The notes under the pieces are model-generated. The model was not told where the DNA came from. It saw nothing but the letters and a program-made list of their open reading frames with translations, and did not search any database. DNA of 64,000 nucleotides, taken from the NCBI GenBank assembly GCA_963785725.1, contig CAWAWS010000002.1:64001-128000 (forward strand), written 5' to 3'. Position 1 is the stretch's first letter. The number at the start of each line of letters is the position of its first letter. This DNA comes from an uncultured delta proteobacterium (GTDB lineage Bacteria; Myxococcota_A; Polyangia; Palsa-1104). Position numbers and translations under genes: made by a program. Of this stretch, positions 52,443 to 64,000 are shown piece after piece.

Positions 52443-52726
52443 ATCACAGCGCCAAGCGGCACAACGACTTACGCGCGACCTGTAGCTGACTGAGCTACGG
52501 AAATCGGAGAGCTGGCTGACGAAACAGCCTCGCGGTTATCGGTGAAAACGAGCGGTTCACTACAGCTCGATGACGACACACGGGAGACGAATTTGCCGCT
52601 GCTGGGCGGCTCGCTTCGTCGACGGAATCGGGCCGATTGAGCGGTGGCGACGAGGCGAAGGAGCTGCGTGCGGAGAATCGAGCGAGCGGCGCACCGCGTG
52701 GTTTTGCGCGCGTTAGGATGTCGTCG

Positions 52727-53275
52727 TCAGATGCAGTCGCCGTGGCAGGTTATTGGCGGCGTCGTGACTGGCGGCGTCGTGACGGTCGGCGTCGCGCGAC
52801 ATGCGGCCAACGGCGCTAGCGAGGCCGGGCCGTCGCAGACGATCTTGCACGGATTGTTGCCCGTGCCGTCGATGGGCACGAGACCGCCGCCGCCGACCTG
52901 TCCGATCTGGACGCTGATCTGCGACCTGCAGCTGGCGGGAAGCGCCGCCGGACAGGAGAGCGAGTACGCCAGATATTGCTTCAGCGCGGCGCAGTCGGTG
53001 ACGAACGGCTGCCACGACGCCGGCTTCGTCAGCGTCGCGTCGTAGCCGAAGAGGACAAAGCCGCTTCCCGACGGTACCGGAACGATATAGCCCGGCGCTT
53101 GACCGGCCCAAGGGTTGTACGCCGGATCCGTAATCACCGGCGCTTCCTCGCAGGTGTCGACGCAGGAAATCGCCGTGTCGGCGGCGGTCGTCGAGCCTTC
53201 GGGCGCGCTTTCCGGCGGCAAACAACCGATGACGGCGAAAGCGAACGTGGACAGCGTCAGCAGGCGAAGGCGCAT
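52727..53275 (-). CDS. Cys-rich lipoprotein, paralogue B
   Basis: GGAGG RBS; lipobox VIGC; NPWA...GYIV; GQVG...VPIDGTG; ends ITCHGDCI. Confidence 0.75.
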   Translation of the reverse strand: MRLRLLTLSTFAFAVIGCLPPESAPEGSTTAADTAISCVDTCEEAPVITDPAYNPWAGQAPGYIVPVPSGSGFVLFGYDATLTKPASWQPFVTDCAALKQYLAYSLSCPAALPASCRSQISVQIGQVGGGGLVPIDGTGNNPCKIVCDGPASLAPLAACRATPTVTTPPVTTPPITCHGDCI

Positions 53276-53357
53276 CGTTCCTCCGAATTCGTTGGGCGAC
53301 AACGCGTGCGCTGGATCAAACGAGCGAATCCAGCTGCAGCAGCGTGTGCGCTGGCAA

Positions 53358-53373
53358 AGCAAGACCGCGGCCA
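53358..53373 (-). promoter_or_regulatory. sigma54 (-24/-12) promoter of paralogue B
   Basis: TGGCCGCGGTCTTGCT (GG-N10-GC). Confidence 0.55.
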
Positions 53374-53446
53374 CGACGCGCACCGCGCCGTTTCAGCTGC
53401 TTGCCGGATTGCTGTGGCTGCGCGAGCTACGGATTCCGACGGCGGT

Positions 53447-56141
53447 CTACTGAAACAGGAGGACGTAGCGGGTCCAGCTTCTAGCGTCTTTTTGTAGCCG
53501 CGCCAGCCGCTCGTCGCGCAGCGCCACCGGCGGCGATTCGCCGTGCGCGATGCGCGCGAGCACGGCGTCGAAGAAGGCGCCGGCGTTGGCGTCGGGGATC
53601 GCCTCCGACGACGCGAAGACCGCGCGCGCGCCGGCGACGATGAGCGCCATCGGCAAGCCCCACGGCTCGTGCAGATAGGGCGCGGCGCGGCCGGCGTTGC
53701 AAGCCGCGAGGACGACGAGCGGGCGATTGCGCAGCGGCTGCTTCTCGAGATCGGCGGCCGTGAGCGCGAAGTTTCCCGCGGCGTCGGGCGAGAGCGCCAG
53801 GAGCCACGTGTCCGACAAGTCGAGATCGATGAGGCCGTGGGCGTTGAACTCAATCTCGCCGGCGTCGCCGAGCTCGGCCAGCGCGCGTTTCGGCGTGGCG
53901 TCGGCGCCGGCGAGCGTGCGCACGCCGTCGGCGCGCGTCGTCCACGGAAACAGCCGCGGCAGGCTCAGCGTCGGCGGCGGCAAGACGTCGGTGACGACGA
54001 GGCGCGGCGCGGCCGGGGACGGATTCGCCTTCGGCGGCGCGTCAGGCGCGTGACCGAGCCGATAGCTCCAGGCGATGTCCGGCGGCAAGAGCTCGGGCCG
54101 ACCGTTCACCGGCGCCAGCGCGTACACGGCCACTTCGGGGCACGTCGCCAACACCGCACGCACCGCCGGCGGCACCAGCTGCGCGGCGTCGATCGCGGGG
54201 TTGGTGCGCACCTCGTAGTGACCGACGGCGGCGCCGCCGGCGGCGCGCGCGGCGACGACGAGGCGCGCGTCGTCGAGGGCGACGCCGAGCGCGCAGCCCT
54301 GCCCTGCCTTGGCTTCGGCTTCCTGCGCCAGCGTGTCGAGCGCGCCGTCGAAGTCGCCACGGCGACCGGCGTCGACGGCGAGCATTTGATAGGCGAAGGT
54401 GCGCGCTTTTTTGGCGTCGGCGTCGAGGCCGGCGCGCGCGGGCGTCATCGCCGGCGCCAGCAGCTTCATCGCCGCCGGCCGATCGCTGCGCAACGACAAG
54501 CGCGCCAACATGACGTCGGCCAGCCGTTGCTGGCTCGGCGTCAGCGACGGACGCGCCGCTTGCAGCTCGGCGGGCACGGTCTTGGCTTGCGGCGTGTCGC
54601 GACCGGCCAAGTAGAGGCTCGTCACCAAATCCGTGTTCAACAGCGCCACCGAATGATCGCACGCGGGCGTCTCCGCCAATTCGCGCGCGGCGCCGTCGAA
54701 ATCGAGCTTGAAGACGTCCTCGACGCCGAAGGCGAGGTGCGACGTGCGATGACCGACGCAGCTCTCGGGAGCGCGCAGCATGCCTTCGGTCAAATAGGCG
54801 CGCATGAGCGAGAAGTCGTTGCGATAGCGCGCGACTTGGCCGAGGAGAAAGATGACGATGGTCTCGGCGAAGCGCGGCACCAGGCCGGCGCGTCGGCTCG
54901 AGGCGATGGTGGCGAGCGCCCAGCGCCGGGAGACGCTGGTGCGATGGCGCTCTTGCTCGTTACTGGCGAGCTGCTTCTCCATGTCGGCGCAGCGATAGTC
55001 GAGGTGGTGCTGATTGCAGGCGTCGACGGCGGCGGTGAGCTCGGTGACGGCAGCGTCGAAGTCGCCGCGCGCGGCGGCGACGGCGGCTTCGCTCTGCGCC
55101 AGCCTGGCCTGCCACCACGGATCGCCGTTGCGCGCGACGAGCTGACGCAGGAGCGCGAGCATCGGCCGGGCTCGTGCGGTTGAAGAGGACGAGGCTGCCG
55201 AGCATGAGGTCGTCGGCGTGCGCCTTGGTGATGGCCGCGAAGAATTCGGCCAGCTCGGCCGGCGGCACCGCCGGCGGCGACGTCGGCATCAGCATGTAGC
55301 GCGCGTAACGCGGACCGAGCGTGGCGCGCGCCGCGGGCGCCTCCTTGGCGATGCGATCGATCCACGTCGCCAGCGTCGCGTCGCCGAAGATGCCGTCGAG
55401 CTTCACGGCCAAGGGACGCAGCTCCTGCAGCCGCTGCACCGACTGCGCCGAACGCGCGGCGTGGTAGAAATAGTGGCGCACCATGCTCGGCGCGCGCCGC
55501 ACGACGTCGTCGCCCGGCAGCGGCCCGCCGGTGATCATCGGCTTGGCGGCGGCGATGTCGGCGGCGGTGCTCTTGAGGCGCGCGCTCCAGCCGTCCTTGA
55601 GCGCCGCCGAACGGGCGCGCGCTTCGTCGGCCCAGCCCGGCTCGGCGAGCGCGGCGACCGCGTCGAACGACTGCGCGGCGGCGAGCGGCAGCTCCAGCGC
55701 CACCAAGGCCAGCGCCCGATTCCAGAGCGCGCGTGAATGCTTCGGCGCGTGCGCGAGGACGGCGTCGAGCTGCTCCAGCGCTTCGTCGACGTTGCCGCGC
55801 ATCAGCGTCGCGAGCGCGCGGTCGGCGGCGACGTCGTCGGACTTGGGCGCGCGCTCGAGCGCTTCGGCGGCGCGCCCGAGATCGCCGGCCACGAGCGACG
55901 CCGCGCCCACGCCGTGCCAATCGCCGGCGTCGGACAGGCGCGCCACCGCCGCCAGCGGCACCGACTCGCGCGCGTCCTTGTGGTCGGCGAGGCCTCCATC
56001 GAGCGGGCGCCAACGATCGAGCGCGGCGTAGCTGAGCCGAGCCGCGAGCGCGCGTTTGGGCGCCGTCACGAGCGGCTCGTCGCGATGACAGCTCGCGAGG
56101 CACAGCGAGATTGCGGCAGCGAGCGTCACGAAGCGCAGCAT
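53447..56141 (-). CDS. TPR + CHAT (caspase-like) protease lipoprotein, one frameshift near 55165
   Basis: Lipobox LASC; TPR (ALWNRALAL); CHAT dyad IEFNAHG and LVVLAAC; split over ORFs 54960-56141 and 53447-55162. Confidence 0.8.
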
Positions 56142-56205
56142 GTGCGCTATGAATCGTTCGTTCCGCCGCCCAAAATCAAGCGGCGATTGTGTTTACGAAG
56201 ATCGG

Positions 56206-57096
56206 CTACAGCGCCGCGCGGACTTTGCGCTCTTCTTCGCTGAGCTCGTAGATGCGCTTCAACAACGCGTCGGCGATGCGCTTGTGCGACGAGAGGCGGT
56301 TGCCGAACTTCTTGAACGGCGACAGATCGATGGGCTCGCCGAAGACGGCGATGACGCGCTTGGTGCCGGCGAAGTTGCCTTTGACGTCGGCGACGATGTC
56401 GTTCGAGAGGCCGTGGATGAACGCGGGCACGACGATCGGCCACGCGTCCATGACCAGCTTGCCGACGCCCGGCTGTGCCGGCAGCGGCTGATAGGGATCG
56501 TCGTTCTTGTTGCGCGTGCCTTCCGGATGAAACCCGACGAGCACCTGGCCTTTGTGCAGCTCGGCGACGACGCGCTCGAGCGCCCACTTGTTGAAGTCGG
56601 CCTTCTGCGGCTCGCGAAAGAACGGCGGAAACATGCGCCCGCCGCCGATGAACAGGTTCACGAGCACGCCGAGCGCGCTTTGATAGAAGAAATCGGCGCG
56701 CACCGGACACAACACCGGCTGACGCAGCGGCGTGTGACGATGCAAGAGCAGCATCAACATGTAGAGATCGAAGAAGCTGCGATGGTTCGAGACGAGGACG
56801 ATGCCGTCCGAGTACTTCAAGCCCTGCAGCCGCTCGAGACCGACGGGAATCATCATGTTGCGCGAGCCGACGGTCATCCAGCCGGCGCCGATGGTGCGCA
56901 GCCAGCGCTCGGTCAGCGGCAGCGCGCGCCGATGCAGGAAATCCATGGCGCGGAAGGCGGTGCGCTCGAACGGCGCCAACAATTCGATCGGCGGCGCGAG
57001 CGAGAGCGCTGCGTCGTCGTGCGGCGGCTGCGTGATCGGCGTCTTCGTCGTCGGCATCGGGCTGGCCGGCATCTCGAATTCCAAAGTAGCCTTCAA
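56206..57096 (-). CDS. Lysophospholipid acyltransferase (PlsC family)
   Basis: SNHRSFFD (HxxxxD), FHPEGTR. Confidence 0.9.
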   Translation of the reverse strand: MKATLEFEMPASPMPTTKTPITQPPHDDAALSLAPPIELLAPFERTAFRAMDFLHRRALPLTERWLRTIGAGWMTVGSRNMMIPVGLERLQGLKYSDGIVLVSNHRSFFDLYMLMLLLHRHTPLRQPVLCPVRADFFYQSALGVLVNLFIGGGRMFPPFFREPQKADFNKWALERVVAELHKGQVLVGFHPEGTRNKNDDPYQPLPAQPGVGKLVMDAWPIVVPAFIHGLSNDIVADVKGNFAGTKRVIAVFGEPIDLSPFKKFGNRLSSHKRIADALLKRIYELSEEERKVRAAL

Positions 57097-57253
57097 TTAA
57101 CCAAACGGTCAACCCAGAAAGCGCAGCGAAAGCGTGGCCATTTCTCGGGTAACGATCGCGCGCTCGGTGGCATCGGCGGCGACCGTCACGCGCGCGGTCG
57201 GACCAATCGGGCGCTTGTGCGGACGGTGAGAAAGTGCAATACGCATTGGGAAG

Positions 57254-57943
57254 ATGGCCTCGGCCCATGCGATGAATGCGCGACGATCGGCGGCGTTTTA
57301 CGACGTCGACGGCACGCTCATCAAGACCAACATCGTGCACGCGTTCGGCTGGTATGCGCGGCATCAGCCGACGCTGACGGGATCGATCGTCAAGTCGGCC
57401 AAGACGCTCTTGTCGACGCCGGTCTTCGCGGTCGCCGACAAGCTGTCGCGCAAAGTGTTCAATCAGCTCTTCTATGGTTATTACGCGGGCGAGCCGGAAG
57501 ATCGGCTGATCGTGCTCGCCGAAGAGCTCTTCGAAGACACGATCAAGCCGAGCATCTTTCCGCGGGCGCGCGATCTCATCGAGCAGTCGCGGCGCGCCGG
57601 CTGTCGCCAGGTGTTGGTGTCGGGCGGGCTCGACTTCACCGTTAGACCGCTGGCGCGCTATTTGGGCGTCGACGACTTCATTACCAATACCCTCGAGTTC
57701 GAGAACGGCTATGCCACAGGCCATCTCGGTAAGCCGTTCGTAGCCGGCGCGACTAAAGCGGTCATCATGCGCGACTACGCGGCCAAGCATGATATCGACC
57801 TAGCCGCTTCTTACGCCTATTCCGATTCGTACTCCGACTATCCAATGCTCGCCGTGGTCGGCCATCCGACTGCGGTAAACCCCGATTGGAGACTGAAAGC
57901 GACCGCTCGTTCTTACGACTGGCCAGTCCTAGACTTGCGGTAA
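57254..57943 (+). CDS. HAD-IB hydrolase (ElbB-like)
   Basis: [25 protein letters not shown]. Confidence 0.88.
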   Translation: MASAHAMNARRSAAFYDVDGTLIKTNIVHAFGWYARHQPTLTGSIVKSAKTLLSTPVFAVADKLSRKVFNQLFYGYYAGEPEDRLIVLAEELFEDTIKPSIFPRARDLIEQSRRAGCRQVLVSGGLDFTVRPLARYLGVDDFITNTLEFENGYATGHLGKPFVAGATKAVIMRDYAAKHDIDLAASYAYSDSYSDYPMLAVVGHPTAVNPDWRLKATARSYDWPVLDLR

Positions 57944-58018
57944 CTGACAGACAACTGCCCTGCGGGCCGTATTGGCAGCAAGGGGCAATCATTCTGCGAG
58001 CCCGATCAGGCTCAAGGA

Positions 58019-59656
58019 ATGGGAAAGCCAGGAACTATAAAGATGCGCGCAATTCGTCCACGTAGCCGTGGCGCCGCTGATGAGAGCGTCGTCACCATCG
58101 ACACCGACTCCGCACCCCGCATTCTCTTTTACGGCGAAGACTTCCTCTGCGAGGATCTGCCGGTCGGCACGCGCGTGATCTATCCGCGTGCGCCGCTCGC
58201 CGGCCTGCCCAATGTGCGCGCGGCGATTCGCTATGCGCTGCACCATCCCGAAGGCGACATGGAGCCGCTGCACGCGCTCTTGACGCCGGGGATGAAGGTG
58301 ACGATCGCCGTCGACGACGTGTCGCTGCCCTTGCCGCCGATGAAGCGGCCCGACGTGCGCGAGGTGATCCTCGACATCGTCCTCGAGATGCTCGCCGACC
58401 ACGGCGTCGACGACATTCACATCATCATCGCGACCTCGCTGCACCGCCGCATGCACGACTGGGAAGTCAAGCGCATGGTCGGCGACAAGGTCTACAACGC
58501 TTACTGGCCCGATAAGCTTTACAACCACGACGCCTGCGATCCCGACGGGATGGTCACGCTCGGCAAGACGCGCCACGGCGAAGTCGTCGAGACCAACAAG
58601 CGCGCCGCCGACAGCGACCTCGTCATTTACGTCAACATCAACTTAGTGCCGATGGACGGCGGGCATAAGTCGGTCGGCGTCGGGCTTTGCGGTTACGAGT
58701 CGCTCAAGGCGCATCACACGCCGAAAGCGATCGTCAATTCGAACTCGTTCATGGATCCGGATAACTCGGAGCTCGCGCATTCGGTGCATCGCATCGGGCG
58801 TGTGTGCGAGCAGCACATGAAAGTGTTCCATATCGAGACCGCGCTCAACTCCAAGATGTTCGATGGACCGTTGTCGTTCTTGATGAAGAACGAAGACGAC
58901 TTCACCGAAATGGACCGACTGACATTCGAAGGTTTGCAGTGGACACTAAAGCGCACTCCTCGTGCGCTGCGCCGTGAAATCTTCATGCGCGTGCCGTCGC
59001 CTTATGAAGTCATCGCCGTGCACGCGGGCTCGGCCGAACCGACGCACGCCAAAGTGTTGGCGAAGAATTACGAGCAATATGCGGTTCCCGTCGAAGGCCA
59101 GGCGGATATCCTGATCTCGGGTATTCCGTATATCTCGCCTTACAACGTCAATTCAAAGGCGCTCAATCCCTTGCTCGTGCAGGTGATGGCGCTTGGTTAT
59201 TTCTTTCATATGTATCGCCATAAGCCGCTGCTCAAAGAAGGCGGTGTCTTGATCGTGACGCATCCCTGTTCCGATCAGTTCGATCCGGTGCATCACCCGT
59301 CGTATATCGAGTTCTTCAATCGACTGCTGCCGGAAACGCGCGACGCGTACACGTTGGAAAAGAAGTATCAGGACGAGTTCGCGTTCAATCCGTCCTATGT
59401 CGAGATGTATCGCCGCGGCAACGCCTATCACGGCGCGCATCCGTTCTTCATGTGGTATTGGGGCCAGAAAGGCCGCGAGCATTGCGGCAAGATCATCGTC
59501 GTCGGCAGCGATAACGCCACCGTGCCCAAGCTGCTCGGCTGGGAGCGCGCCGAGACGCTGGCCGAAGCGATCGCCATGGGCCGCTCGCACATGGGCCGCT
59601 CGGCGCAGATCACGATGTTGCATCACCCGCCCATCGTCATCAGCGACGTTCGCTAA
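58019..59656 (+). CDS. LarA/lactate-racemase-domain protein (ElbC-like)
   Basis: [34 protein letters not shown]. Confidence 0.8.
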   Translation: MGKPGTIKMRAIRPRSRGAADESVVTIDTDSAPRILFYGEDFLCEDLPVGTRVIYPRAPLAGLPNVRAAIRYALHHPEGDMEPLHALLTPGMKVTIAVDDVSLPLPPMKRPDVREVILDIVLEMLADHGVDDIHIIIATSLHRRMHDWEVKRMVGDKVYNAYWPDKLYNHDACDPDGMVTLGKTRHGEVVETNKRAADSDLVIYVNINLVPMDGGHKSVGVGLCGYESLKAHHTPKAIVNSNSFMDPDNSELAHSVHRIGRVCEQHMKVFHIETALNSKMFDGPLSFLMKNEDDFTEMDRLTFEGLQWTLKRTPRALRREIFMRVPSPYEVIAVHAGSAEPTHAKVLAKNYEQYAVPVEGQADILISGIPYISPYNVNSKALNPLLVQVMALGYFFHMYRHKPLLKEGGVLIVTHPCSDQFDPVHHPSYIEFFNRLLPETRDAYTLEKKYQDEFAFNPSYVEMYRRGNAYHGAHPFFMWYWGQKGREHCGKIIVVGSDNATVPKLLGWERAETLAEAIAMGRSHMGRSAQITMLHHPPIVISDVR

Positions 59657-59665
59657 GGAGCGTCC

Positions 59666-62600
59666 ATGCTGCAAAAGGCACAACTGCCGCCGCTCGACGT
59701 CGGCGAGACGCTCGCGGGCAAGCGCATTCTCTTCGTCGGCGCCACTGGCTTCGTCGGCAAAGTGGCGCTCTCGATGTTCCTCTGTCGCTATCCGGCGCTG
59801 GGCAAGCTGTTCGTGCTCGTGCGTCCGGGCGCCGGCTCGTCGTCGGACGACCGCTTCTTCACGAAAATAGCGGCGTCGCCGACGTTCGATCCGATTCGCG
59901 AGCGCTGGGGCGAAGGCACCGACGCGTTCCTGCGCGAAAAATGCGTGCCGCTGGCCGGCGACGTCTCGCGACCCTTATTGAACTTCAATGAGGAGACCTT
60001 AGCGAAGATCGGCAAGCTCGACGCCATCATCAACTGCGCGGGATTGGTGTCATTCAATCCGTCGTTGGAGACCGCACTACGCATCAACGTCTTAGGGCCG
60101 AAGCATGTGCTGGAAGTGGCGCGGCGCACCGGCGCGTCGGTGGTGCACATCTCGACCTGCTTCGTGGCCGGCAATCGCGACGGCGAAGTGTGGGAAGACG
60201 AGCCGCTGGTCGGCTATTTCCCGCGTAAAGATCGCGGCCACGGCGCGCAGACCGACACCTTGCGCGACGACGACTTCTCGGTCGAGCTCGAGATCGCCGA
60301 CTGCCAGCGCATCATCGATCAAATCAAGAGCCGCGCCGACGACCGCGCGCACGTCTCCGAGTTCCGCGATCGCGGCGCCGCGCGGCTCAAGAGCGAAGGC
60401 CGCGACGCCGACGACGAGCGCACGCTCAAAATCGCCGTCCAGCGCGAGCGCAAAGTGTGGGTGGCCGAGAAGCTCACCGATCTCGGCATGGAGCGCGCGC
60501 AACATTGGGGCTGGCCCAACACGTACACGTACACGAAGTCGCTCGGCGATCAGGTGTGCGCGCAAGCGGGCGACGTGCGCGCCTGCATCGTGCGGCCGGC
60601 GATCGTCGAATCGTCGGTGCGCTATCCGTTCGAAGGCTGGAACGAGGGCTTCACGACGTCGGCGCCGCTGGCGTTCATGAGCATCAAAGGCCATCGCACC
60701 TATCCGGCCGGCGACAAGGCGACGCTCGACATCATCCCCGTCGACATGGTGGCCGCGGGGCTCATCATGGCGACGGCGGCGACCATCGCGGGGCAGAACG
60801 AGCTCGTCTATCAGCTCGGCTCGTCGGACGTGAACCCGCTGTACATGAAGCGCGCCGTCGAGCTGCTCGGCCTGCACAAGCGCCGCTATTTCCAAGAGCG
60901 CAACGACAAGGACGAAGGCTCGAAGCTCCTCAACATCGTGCTGTCGCGGATGGAGCCGGTCGCCGTCTCGCGCGAGCGTTACGAGAGCGCGTCGGCGCCG
61001 CTGTGGCTGTCGCTGGCCGAGCGCGCGACCAAGCTGATCGACGACTACACGCCGCGCTGGGGCGCGCCGCGTTTGGCCGGCATGGCCGAGCACATGAAGA
61101 CGCGCCTTGGCCAAGTCTCACAGGTGGCCAAGCAGACGAACGAGCTGTTTCAGCTGTTCATGCCGTTCATCTACGAGCGCGAATACGTCTTCCGCTGCGA
61201 CAACATTCGCGCGCTCTATGCGCGCTTGACGCCGGCCGATCAGGCGCTCCTGCGCTGGGATCCCGAGCAGCTGAGCTGGCGCCATTACTGGCTCGACATT
61301 CACATGCGCGCCCTCGAGAAGTGGGTCTTCCCCAACCTCGAGGAGGAGTTCAAGCAGCGTCCGAAGGCGGTCTACACCTATCGCGATCTGCTCGAGATGT
61401 TCGACGCGACGACGAAGCACCATCGTCATCGCACCGCCATGCGCCTCTTGCCGCATCCCGACAGCTTGTCGGAGCCGCATCGCTACACCTACGCCGACCT
61501 GCAGGACATGGCCGATCGCGTCGCCGCGATGCTGCGCGAGCGCGGCGTCATCCCCGGCGACAAGGTCATGCTGCTCGCCGAGAATCGGCCCGAGTGGGGC
61601 ATCACCTACTTCGGCATTTTGAAGGCGGGCGCGGTCGTGGTGCCGGTCGATTGGCAGTCGACGGCGGACGAAGTGCAGAACCTCGTCGGCTGGGCGCGCG
61701 CCAAAGCGATCGTCCTCAGCGACAAAGTGCGCGACCGGCTGAGCGCGTTCAACGGCGAATTCGCCGCGGCGCAGATCATCCGCTTCGACGATCTCTTGCA
61801 CGAAGAGCCCAAAGTCTCGGCGGCGGCGCTCGTGCATCATCCGAAGGCGGACGACCTCGCGTCGCTCATTTTCACGTCGGGAACGACGGGGCGGCCCAAG
61901 GGCGTCATGCTGTCGCATCGCAACTTCTCGTCGCTGTTGTCGAAGCTCGCGGGCGTGTTCGACATCGACAAGCACGACGGTCTCTTGTCGGTCTTGCCGC
62001 TGCATCACACCTTCGAGTTCACGGCGGGCCTGCTCATGCCGCTCATGCGCGGCGCGCAGATCACCTATCTCGACGAAGTCGACGCCGACGCGCTCACGCA
62101 CGCCTTCGAGAGCGGCAACATCACCGGCATGGTCGGCGTGCCCGCGCTGTGGCAGCTGTTCCAGCGCAAGATCGAGAAGTCGGTCGCCGACTCGGGGCCG
62201 TGGGCCAAGCGCATCTTCGACCTGCTCATCGACGCCAACCGCAAGCTGCGCGATCGCGTGCCGCCGGCGCTCGACAGCTTGATGCTGCTCAACTGGGGAC
62301 GCCTCTTCTTCTGGCCGGTGCATCAGAAGTTCGGCGGACGGCTGCGCCTGCTCATCTCGGGCGGCTCGGCGCTGCCGACCGACACGATGAAGACGCTGCG
62401 CGGCCTCGGCTTCAACCTGTTCGAAGGCTACGGCTTGACCGAAGCCTCGCCGGTGTTGACGGTCAATCGACCGGGCACGCGCCTTCTGCCCGGCGCCGTC
62501 GGTGAGCCGCTGCCGGGCATCGACGTGCGCATCGACAACCCCGATGCGCGCGGTGTCGGCGAGGTCGTGGCCTCGGGACCGAACGTCATGCTCGGCTACT

Positions 62601-64000
62601 TCGAGAACCCCGAGGCGACCAAAGAGGTCATCGGCGGCGACGGCTGGCTGCACACCGGCGATCTCGGCCGCTTCGACGACGAAGGCCGCTTGTACATCGT
62701 CGGCCGCAAGAAGGAGATGATCCTCGGACCGTCGGGCGAGAACGTCTATCCCGACGAGCTCGAGGACGCCTACCGCGAGTCGCCGTACATCAAGGAGCTG
62801 TCGATCGTCGGCTTGCCGGCGGAGAGCGGCGGCGAAACGGTGGCGATGATGCTCGTGCCCGAGTACGAGCCGTCGGGCGAAGAGCTGTCGCGCGAGGTGA
62901 TTCGCGAGCGCGTGATGGAGCACGTCAAAGGCGTGTCGGCGAAGCTGCCGCTCTACAAACGCGTCAAGCTCGTGCATTTGACCGACGTCGAGCTGCCGAA
63001 GACGGCGACGCGCAAGGTGAAGCGCAAGCTCGTCGTCGAGGAGATGCAGAAGCTCGAGCGGCTGAAAAAGCGCGCCGAAGAGACGCGCAAGACGGCCGCC
63101 GCATCCGGTGAGGGCGACGACGTCTGGATTCTCGCGCTGGTGGCGACGGTGGCCAATAAGCCGCGCGACAAGGTCTACGGCGCCGCGCGCATGGAAGAGC
63201 TCGGCTTCGACTCGCTCATGTACACCGAGCTCGGCGTGGCGCTGGAGGCGGCGGGCGTGGCCGTGCCCGACGCCGGCAACACCGACTTGACCGGCGTCGA
63301 GACCGTCGACGACCTGGCCAAGCTGGTGCGCGCGTGGGGCTACGCCGACAAGAAGCCCAAGAAGAAGACGAAGGCGCTCAAGGCGGCCGAGGACAACGAC
63401 GACGCCAACGAGATCCACGTGCCCGAGATGGTGGCGACGATGGGCCGGCAAGCGCTGACGTGGGGCCAGCGCGCGCTCTACGAGCGGCTGTTCGAGACGA
63501 CGGTGACGGGACGCGCGAACATCCCGGGAAACACCAGCTTCCTCGTCGCGGCCAATCACGCGAGCCACCTCGACATGGGCCTCGTCAAGCACGCGCTCGG
63601 CGATTGGGGCGCGCACCTCGTGGCGCTGGCGGCGAAGGATTACTTCTTCGAGGATCCGATCAAGCGCGCCTACTTCGAGAACTTCACGAACTTGGTGCCG
63701 ATGGATCGCCACGGCTCGCTTGCGCGAATCCTTGCGCCTCGCCTCCGAGGTCATGAAGCAGGGCTACATTTTGCTGATCTTCCCCGAGGGAACGCGGTCG
63801 ACCAACGGCGTGATGGTCGACTTCAAGCCGTCGATTGGCTACCTGTCGCTGGCCAACAAAGTGGACGTGCTGCCGATGTATCTCGACGGCACGTTCGGCG
63901 CGCTGCCCAAAGGCAGCGTGCTGCCGAAGCATCGCGAGATCGCGGCGCACATCGGGCCGCTCATCACCTACGAGCAGCTGAAGAAGGCGACCGAAGGCAT
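59666..64000 (+). CDS. elbD: Multidomain ether-lipid enzyme: fatty acyl reductase + acyl-CoA synthetase + carrier + acyltransferase; runs off window, frameshift near 63720
   Basis: Absent from ORF track (no stop). [27 protein letters not shown] (FAR), [18 protein letters not shown] (AMP-binding), LGFDSL (phosphopantetheine site), [15 protein letters not shown]. Confidence 0.88.
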   Translation, partial: MLQKAQLPPLDVGETLAGKRILFVGATGFVGKVALSMFLCRYPALGKLFVLVRPGAGSSSDDRFFTKIAASPTFDPIRERWGEGTDAFLREKCVPLAGDVSRPLLNFNEETLAKIGKLDAIINCAGLVSFNPSLETALRINVLGPKHVLEVARRTGASVVHISTCFVAGNRDGEVWEDEPLVGYFPRKDRGHGAQTDTLRDDDFSVELEIADCQRIIDQIKSRADDRAHVSEFRDRGAARLKSEGRDADDERTLKIAVQRERKVWVAEKLTDLGMERAQHWGWPNTYTYTKSLGDQVCAQAGDVRACIVRPAIVESSVRYPFEGWNEGFTTSAPLAFMSIKGHRTYPAGDKATLDIIPVDMVAAGLIMATAATIAGQNELVYQLGSSDVNPLYMKRAVELLGLHKRRYFQERNDKDEGSKLLNIVLSRMEPVAVSRERYESASAPLWLSLAERATKLIDDYTPRWGAPRLAGMAEHMKTRLGQVSQVAKQTNELFQLFMPFIYEREYVFRCDNIRALYARLTPADQALLRWDPEQLSWRHYWLDIHMRALEKWVFPNLEEEFKQRPKAVYTYRDLLEMFDATTKHHRHRTAMRLLPHPDSLSEPHRYTYADLQDMADRVAAMLRERGVIPGDKVMLLAENRPEWGITYFGILKAGAVVVPVDWQSTADEVQNLVGWARAKAIVLSDKVRDRLSAFNGEFAAAQIIRFDDLLHEEPKVSAAALVHHPKADDLASLIFTSGTTGRPKGVMLSHRNFSSLLSKLAGVFDIDKHDGLLSVLPLHHTFEFTAGLLMPLMRGAQITYLDEVDADALTHAFESGNITGMVGVPALWQLFQRKIEKSVADSGPWAKRIFDLLIDANRKLRDRVPPALDSLMLLNWGRLFFWPVHQKFGGRLRLLISGGSALPTDTMKTLRGLGFNLFEGYGLTEASPVLTVNRPGTRLLPGAVGEPLPGIDVRIDNPDARGVGEVVASGPNVMLGYFENPEATKEVIGGDGWLHTGDLGRFDDEGRLYIVGRKKEMILGPSGENVYPDELEDAYRESPYIKELSIVGLPAESGGETVAMMLVPEYEPSGEELSREVIRERVMEHVKGVSAKLPLYKRVKLVHLTDVELPKTATRKVKRKLVVEEMQKLERLKKRAEETRKTAAASGEGDDVWILALVATVANKPRDKVYGAARMEELGFDSLMYTELGVALEAAGVAVPDAGNTDLTGVETVDDLAKLVRAWGYADKKPKKKTKALKAAEDNDDANEIHVPEMVATMGRQALTWGQRALYERLFETTVTGRANIPGNTSFLVAANHASHLDMGLVKHALGDWGAHLVALAAKDYFFEDPIKRAYFENFTNLVPMDRHGSLARILAPRLRGHEAGLHFADLPRGNAVDQRRDGRLQAVDWLPVAGQQSGRAADVSRRHVRRAAQRQRAAEASRDRGAHRAAHHLRAAEEGDRRH

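Noticed and set aside
52480..52530. Hammerhead ribozyme (CTGACGA..GAAA)
   Set aside because: No stem II between the core motifs; just short hairpins
61118..63754. 878-aa minus-strand ORF and 60457-62505 plus-strand ORF
   Set aside because: Antisense and off-frame shadows of elbD

Overview
High-GC window from a myxobacterium (Myxococcota, Polyangia-like), judged from MYXO-CTERM, PEGA, CHAT and Cys-rich lipoproteins and an elb ether-lipid cluster. The left ~23 kb is an accessory island ending at an intact tyrosine integrase that converges on a tRNA-Gly(GCC) gene. It carries a teneurin-like RHS toxin with a Sel1-repeat gene directly downstream (missed by the ORF track) and a decayed Ser/Thr kinase. 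It also holds a more AT-rich defence-like block: a TM-DUF4041-GIY-YIG (SNIPE/PD-lambda-1-like) gene, a HEPN-like gene and a tightly coupled three-gene operon ending in a soluble ComEC-type MBL hydrolase, which is my best candidate for an undescribed system. A PG-binding/CHAP amidase with an overlapping secreted partner and a divergent XRE / two unknown genes / sigma2-excisionase fusion / integrase module complete the island. The right ~41 kb is core-like: pirin-LysR, a c-di-AMP riboswitch controlling kimA, a heavily frameshifted dnaE, PilZ, PEGA, cstA, carboxyl transferase, OCD, greB, TrmB, an ECF/FecR module, two sigma54-promoter paralogous lipoproteins behind a CHAT protease, and plsC plus elbB/C/D-like genes. 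Two MITE-like elements are present. Scattered indels suggest a long-read assembly with errors. All family calls come from motif recognition by eye, not database searches.
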